Shown here piece by piece: positions 61,001-64,000 of a DNA stretch of 64,000 nt (its first letter is position 1; each line of letters starts with the position of its first letter). The position numbers were made by a program, and so were the translations under genes. Below the pieces are notes generated by a model that saw only the letters and a list, made by a program, of their open reading frames with translations, was not told the DNA's origin and did not search any database. This stretch comes from Penicillus capitatus. Its lineage: Eukaryota > Plantae > Chlorophyta. The DNA lies in assembly GCA_965649825.1 (NCBI GenBank), contig OZ287702.1, positions 672,786 to 736,785 on the forward strand, read 5' to 3'.

Positions 61001-61201
61001 CGAGAAGCAGTTTCGATTCCGATCGTTGCGATCGGAGGTATCACCGAGGAGAATATCGACGAGATCATCGATGCCGGATCGGATGGTGTCGCTGTGATCT
61101 CAGCGATCTTCGACTCGGAGAACGTCTCAGAGAAGACATCGAGGTTGCGATCCAGAATCGACATCGCTCGTCCATCAGTCACCTCATCGCGCCTTTCTTG
61201 A
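58094..61201 (+). CDS. TH1: Thiamine biosynthesis fusion: HAD phosphatase (TH2-like) + HMP(-P) kinase ThiD + thiamine-phosphate synthase ThiE; start approximate
   Basis: HAD motifs [29 protein letters not shown]; Thi[47 protein letters not shown]; Thi[25 protein letters not shown]; in-frame linkage via an intron near 59435-59482. Confidence 0.85.
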
Positions 61202-61239
61202 TCGACGATTCGTCGTACGACACGATTGCATTACGCGCG

Positions 61240-62559
61240 ATGTTATCGCCGAGTTGCTCGATTCCTGGATCGATCCGTTACCCGAAACAAGCACGCGTCG
61301 AGAATGAGAATAGCGAACGAACACTGACGGATAGAGAGGAAACGCCTAACGTCGTCGACGACGATGACCTATCGGACTTTGACGATCATCCCGATATCGT
61401 TAAACTCTTGGAGCAGCGTTTCGCTCGCGGAGTCTACTGCGGAAAAGTGTTCGGCACGAAGGTCTGCATCAGCAATCTTGGATCGACCTTCGATGACGCT
61501 CAACTTGCGAACGAACTGACGCAACACCTCAGTGGCGTCGATGCCGTGCGTTTCGCCAAAGTCCCAATCGAATCCCTTACGCTGCGAACTGGCCACGGCT
61601 GCATCGAGTTCGATTCGTTCGAGAGCGCCATCAAAGGAATGCTCCAGCTGGAGACGCTCTACCTAGACTGTCCGGGATCGCCCCTTCCCCGTCCAATTCT
61701 CAGCCACTTTCCTCAGAGATTAGAGCCTCTTTGGGGAAAGAATGACCTCCCAGGATACATTCTAGATCACGGTGTGCCGCCACACTTCTGCCAGCCAAAC
61801 ACGTTTGAGTACGATGTGGCCTTGGAATGGAGACAGATGCAGAAGTGGCTGGCACTGTCGAAGAAGAGGCTGTGTGATGTCTATGTCAAAAGCATCTGCA
61901 AAGAGCTGATCGAGTACAAGTCCCACGTGGACATCGCAGCACTCGAAGCTGTCTTCCAAACTCCAGTACAGCTGCCCAAATCGCGAACCGTCGTGTTCAA
62001 AGGCGTATCAACCGAGCTCAAGAACGAGCAGATCCGAAATGCTGTCGAGGTGGCTGACTACTGTGGCAACATCCGTCGACTGGAGTGTCCAGTGACAGGA
62101 CAGGAGTCGAGTACCGCTTTCGTAGAAATCAGTTCTGCCGAAAGGGCCGCCTCCTTCGCAGAGGACATGAAGAACTTTCTCTTCATCATGGGACGCTCTC
62201 CCCGTCCGGCCGAAGCAGACATCTTTCGATTTGGACCCCCGCGCGGATTCGAAGGCATCTTCGATCGTGCCATCGAATCTGTCTTCTGTCTGAAAATGCG
62301 TGAAATGGATCCTGCACTCTACTCCAAGACGCACGTCATCGATCTGTCCTCCTGTACTGAAGAGAAGAAGAAGCGTTGTGCGAAGATTCGGAGAATTCTG
62401 GACGGTATGATGGCGATGCGTGGTGACTGGAAACTCGAGTCCTACGCCTTTCAGCAAGATCTACATGTCCGTCAGAAAGACTGGATCGATAGAGAGATGA
62501 AGAAGCTGGAGAAACTGGAACGCGTCGTCCCACAGTTTTTCGATGAAAAGGAACGATAG
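61240..62559 (+). CDS. Intronless ASI1/IBM2-like protein with two RRM-like domains and no BAH domain
   Basis: ISNLGSTF..GHGCIEFDS..PRPIL and HFCQPNTFEYDVALEWR resemble the ASI1 RRM and its downstream SQPNxxExDMAMEW motif; second RRM-like unit VVFKGVS..TAFVEISS. Confidence 0.65.
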   Translation: MLSPSCSIPGSIRYPKQARVENENSERTLTDREETPNVVDDDDLSDFDDHPDIVKLLEQRFARGVYCGKVFGTKVCISNLGSTFDDAQLANELTQHLSGVDAVRFAKVPIESLTLRTGHGCIEFDSFESAIKGMLQLETLYLDCPGSPLPRPILSHFPQRLEPLWGKNDLPGYILDHGVPPHFCQPNTFEYDVALEWRQMQKWLALSKKRLCDVYVKSICKELIEYKSHVDIAALEAVFQTPVQLPKSRTVVFKGVSTELKNEQIRNAVEVADYCGNIRRLECPVTGQESSTAFVEISSAERAASFAEDMKNFLFIMGRSPRPAEADIFRFGPPRGFEGIFDRAIESVFCLKMREMDPALYSKTHVIDLSSCTEEKKKRCAKIRRILDGMMAMRGDWKLESYAFQQDLHVRQKDWIDREMKKLEKLERVVPQFFDEKER

Positions 62560-62951
62560 AGCCGACATCATCCGATGACAGCGACTTCTGTATCACTCTT
62601 AAAGTGTGATGACGATCATTCGTCCTTTAAAGCTCTAAGTTCTATCCTGCGTCTCTCCCGATACCCCAACAGTTGTGCTCTCTAGCGTAAGGCGCGATCA
62701 AGTAGAGAGAACGGGTTTATAGTGCGTTTTACACGATTCTGTACAACTGTGCTACAAACGGCAGAGACGAAAGACATCTTCTATTCCGGACGTCTATCTC
62801 CCTGGAAGGTATCAGGTCTCTTATTTCAGGCACAAATTTTTTTGCTACTGATAATCATGTGGTCAAGTCATTTCTCTGTGTAATGATCTTGACTTGCGGC
62901 ATCCGTCGACGTTGCTGTCCACGGCTCGGTGTGCTCTTTCCAAACATCGCT

Positions 62952-64000
62952 TCACAATAGATCGAGGTCACTACTGCGACGCACTTGGTCAGAATTCACA
63001 GTGCGCAAGACCTGATGACCATTTTCCAGTTCCTTATCCGCTGCCGTTTGTTTTGAGGATGGATGGGGCCGCTGAAGAACAGATCGGGAAATGGAAATGA
63101 CGACAGGTGTGATCAGAAGCGACAGGCCTGTCACGCCGACTAGCAAGAGGTACATCTCCACCTCCAGCAATCCAAAGTCGACGCCGATGGACAACAAGAC
63201 AAAGGCGAATTCACTGATCTGTGCCAAACTTAAGCCCACCTAAAGCAAAACGCCAGTCCTCTTCGTTCTTGCTTGCTGGGTTTACAAGCAATGACGTGCG
63301 GCTGTCGAAACGGAAGGCACGGACAACAAAGGTAATGACGGATGCTTTGCAGACAAGCACAGCGATGACGCTGCAAGTCAGGATAGCGATGTGTTCCCAG
63401 ACGAAGGTGGGCGACACCATGAGGCCAATGGAGGCCATGAACAGCGTCATGAAAATGTTTCGGGCGCCTTCGATGGCCTTGATCGCTGTTGGCGCTTGGG
63501 GAGTGGAGGACAGTAGACACCCAGCCAAGAAGGCGCCCAATTCGTGAGACAGTCCGATCCACCCCGTGAGAAGTGCACAGAGAAAGCAATAAGAGAGCAG
63601 CATGATCTGAAAGAGATCCTGACTAAAGAGCCTAATAGAGAAGCCGGATAGAAGTCAGTAAAGAGGGACAAGCAGATGATCTCACGAATTGGCTCTCTTG
63701 ATAAGGGGAGGCAGAATAGTTCTCGAAGTGAATGCGCCAACGCCGACGAGGGCAATGAGCTTGGCGGCGAGACTGAGCAGCAGGGGAAAAATGGACGACT
63801 CTGCGCATCACAGAACTCGAGTGCTTTCGGAAGGGCTCTGACAACCTTCATCGGCATTTGCAGGTTGATCCTGTTGTCCTCGGATAAGAGGCATCGTCGC
63901 AAACATGAGACCCACTGTACAATCTTGCAGGATGAGTGTGCCGATCGTGATCTGTCCGTAAGGAGAGCTCGTGGATTTGCTGGATTCCAGACAATTGGCC
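62952..64000 (-). CDS. K+ efflux antiporter KEA4/5/6-type (CPA2), 3' part; 5' end lies beyond the window
   Basis: GLSHELGAFLAG, RNIFMTLFMASIG, GLSLAQISEFAFVLLS, GVTGLSLLITP. Confidence 0.88.

Overview
Gene-dense eukaryotic nuclear DNA with very short (about 30-60 nt) GT-AG introns and the standard genetic code. The gene set (OCP3-like homeobox, ASI1-like RRM, plant-type ThiD-ThiE, KEA4-6-type antiporter, algal-type P2X receptor, axonemal dynein) points to a green alga; this is inference. Housekeeping genes (uL1, BCKDHA, UTP18, PTPA, TMEM230, YJU2B, THP3/LENG8, BRO1, KEA) flank three accessory zones. (1) About 10.5-26.5 kb: an intact P2X receptor with a C-terminal EF-hand, a decayed second P2X copy, and between them an NLR-like ARM/NB-ARC/TPR gene with nine near-identical 129-bp repeats. 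(2) About 33-45 kb: four cytosolic-type sulfotransferase paralogs plus a co-duplicated PTPA pseudogene. (3) About 50-53 kb: a decayed Penelope-like retroelement. Other notable items are an apparent HAD-ThiD-ThiE thiamine fusion gene, a dynein heavy chain that stops before its motor domain, an ASI1-like protein without BAH, and a MATH-MATH-RING gene with an in-frame stop. All calls come from motif recognition and manual splicing, without database searches; several gene ends are approximate.
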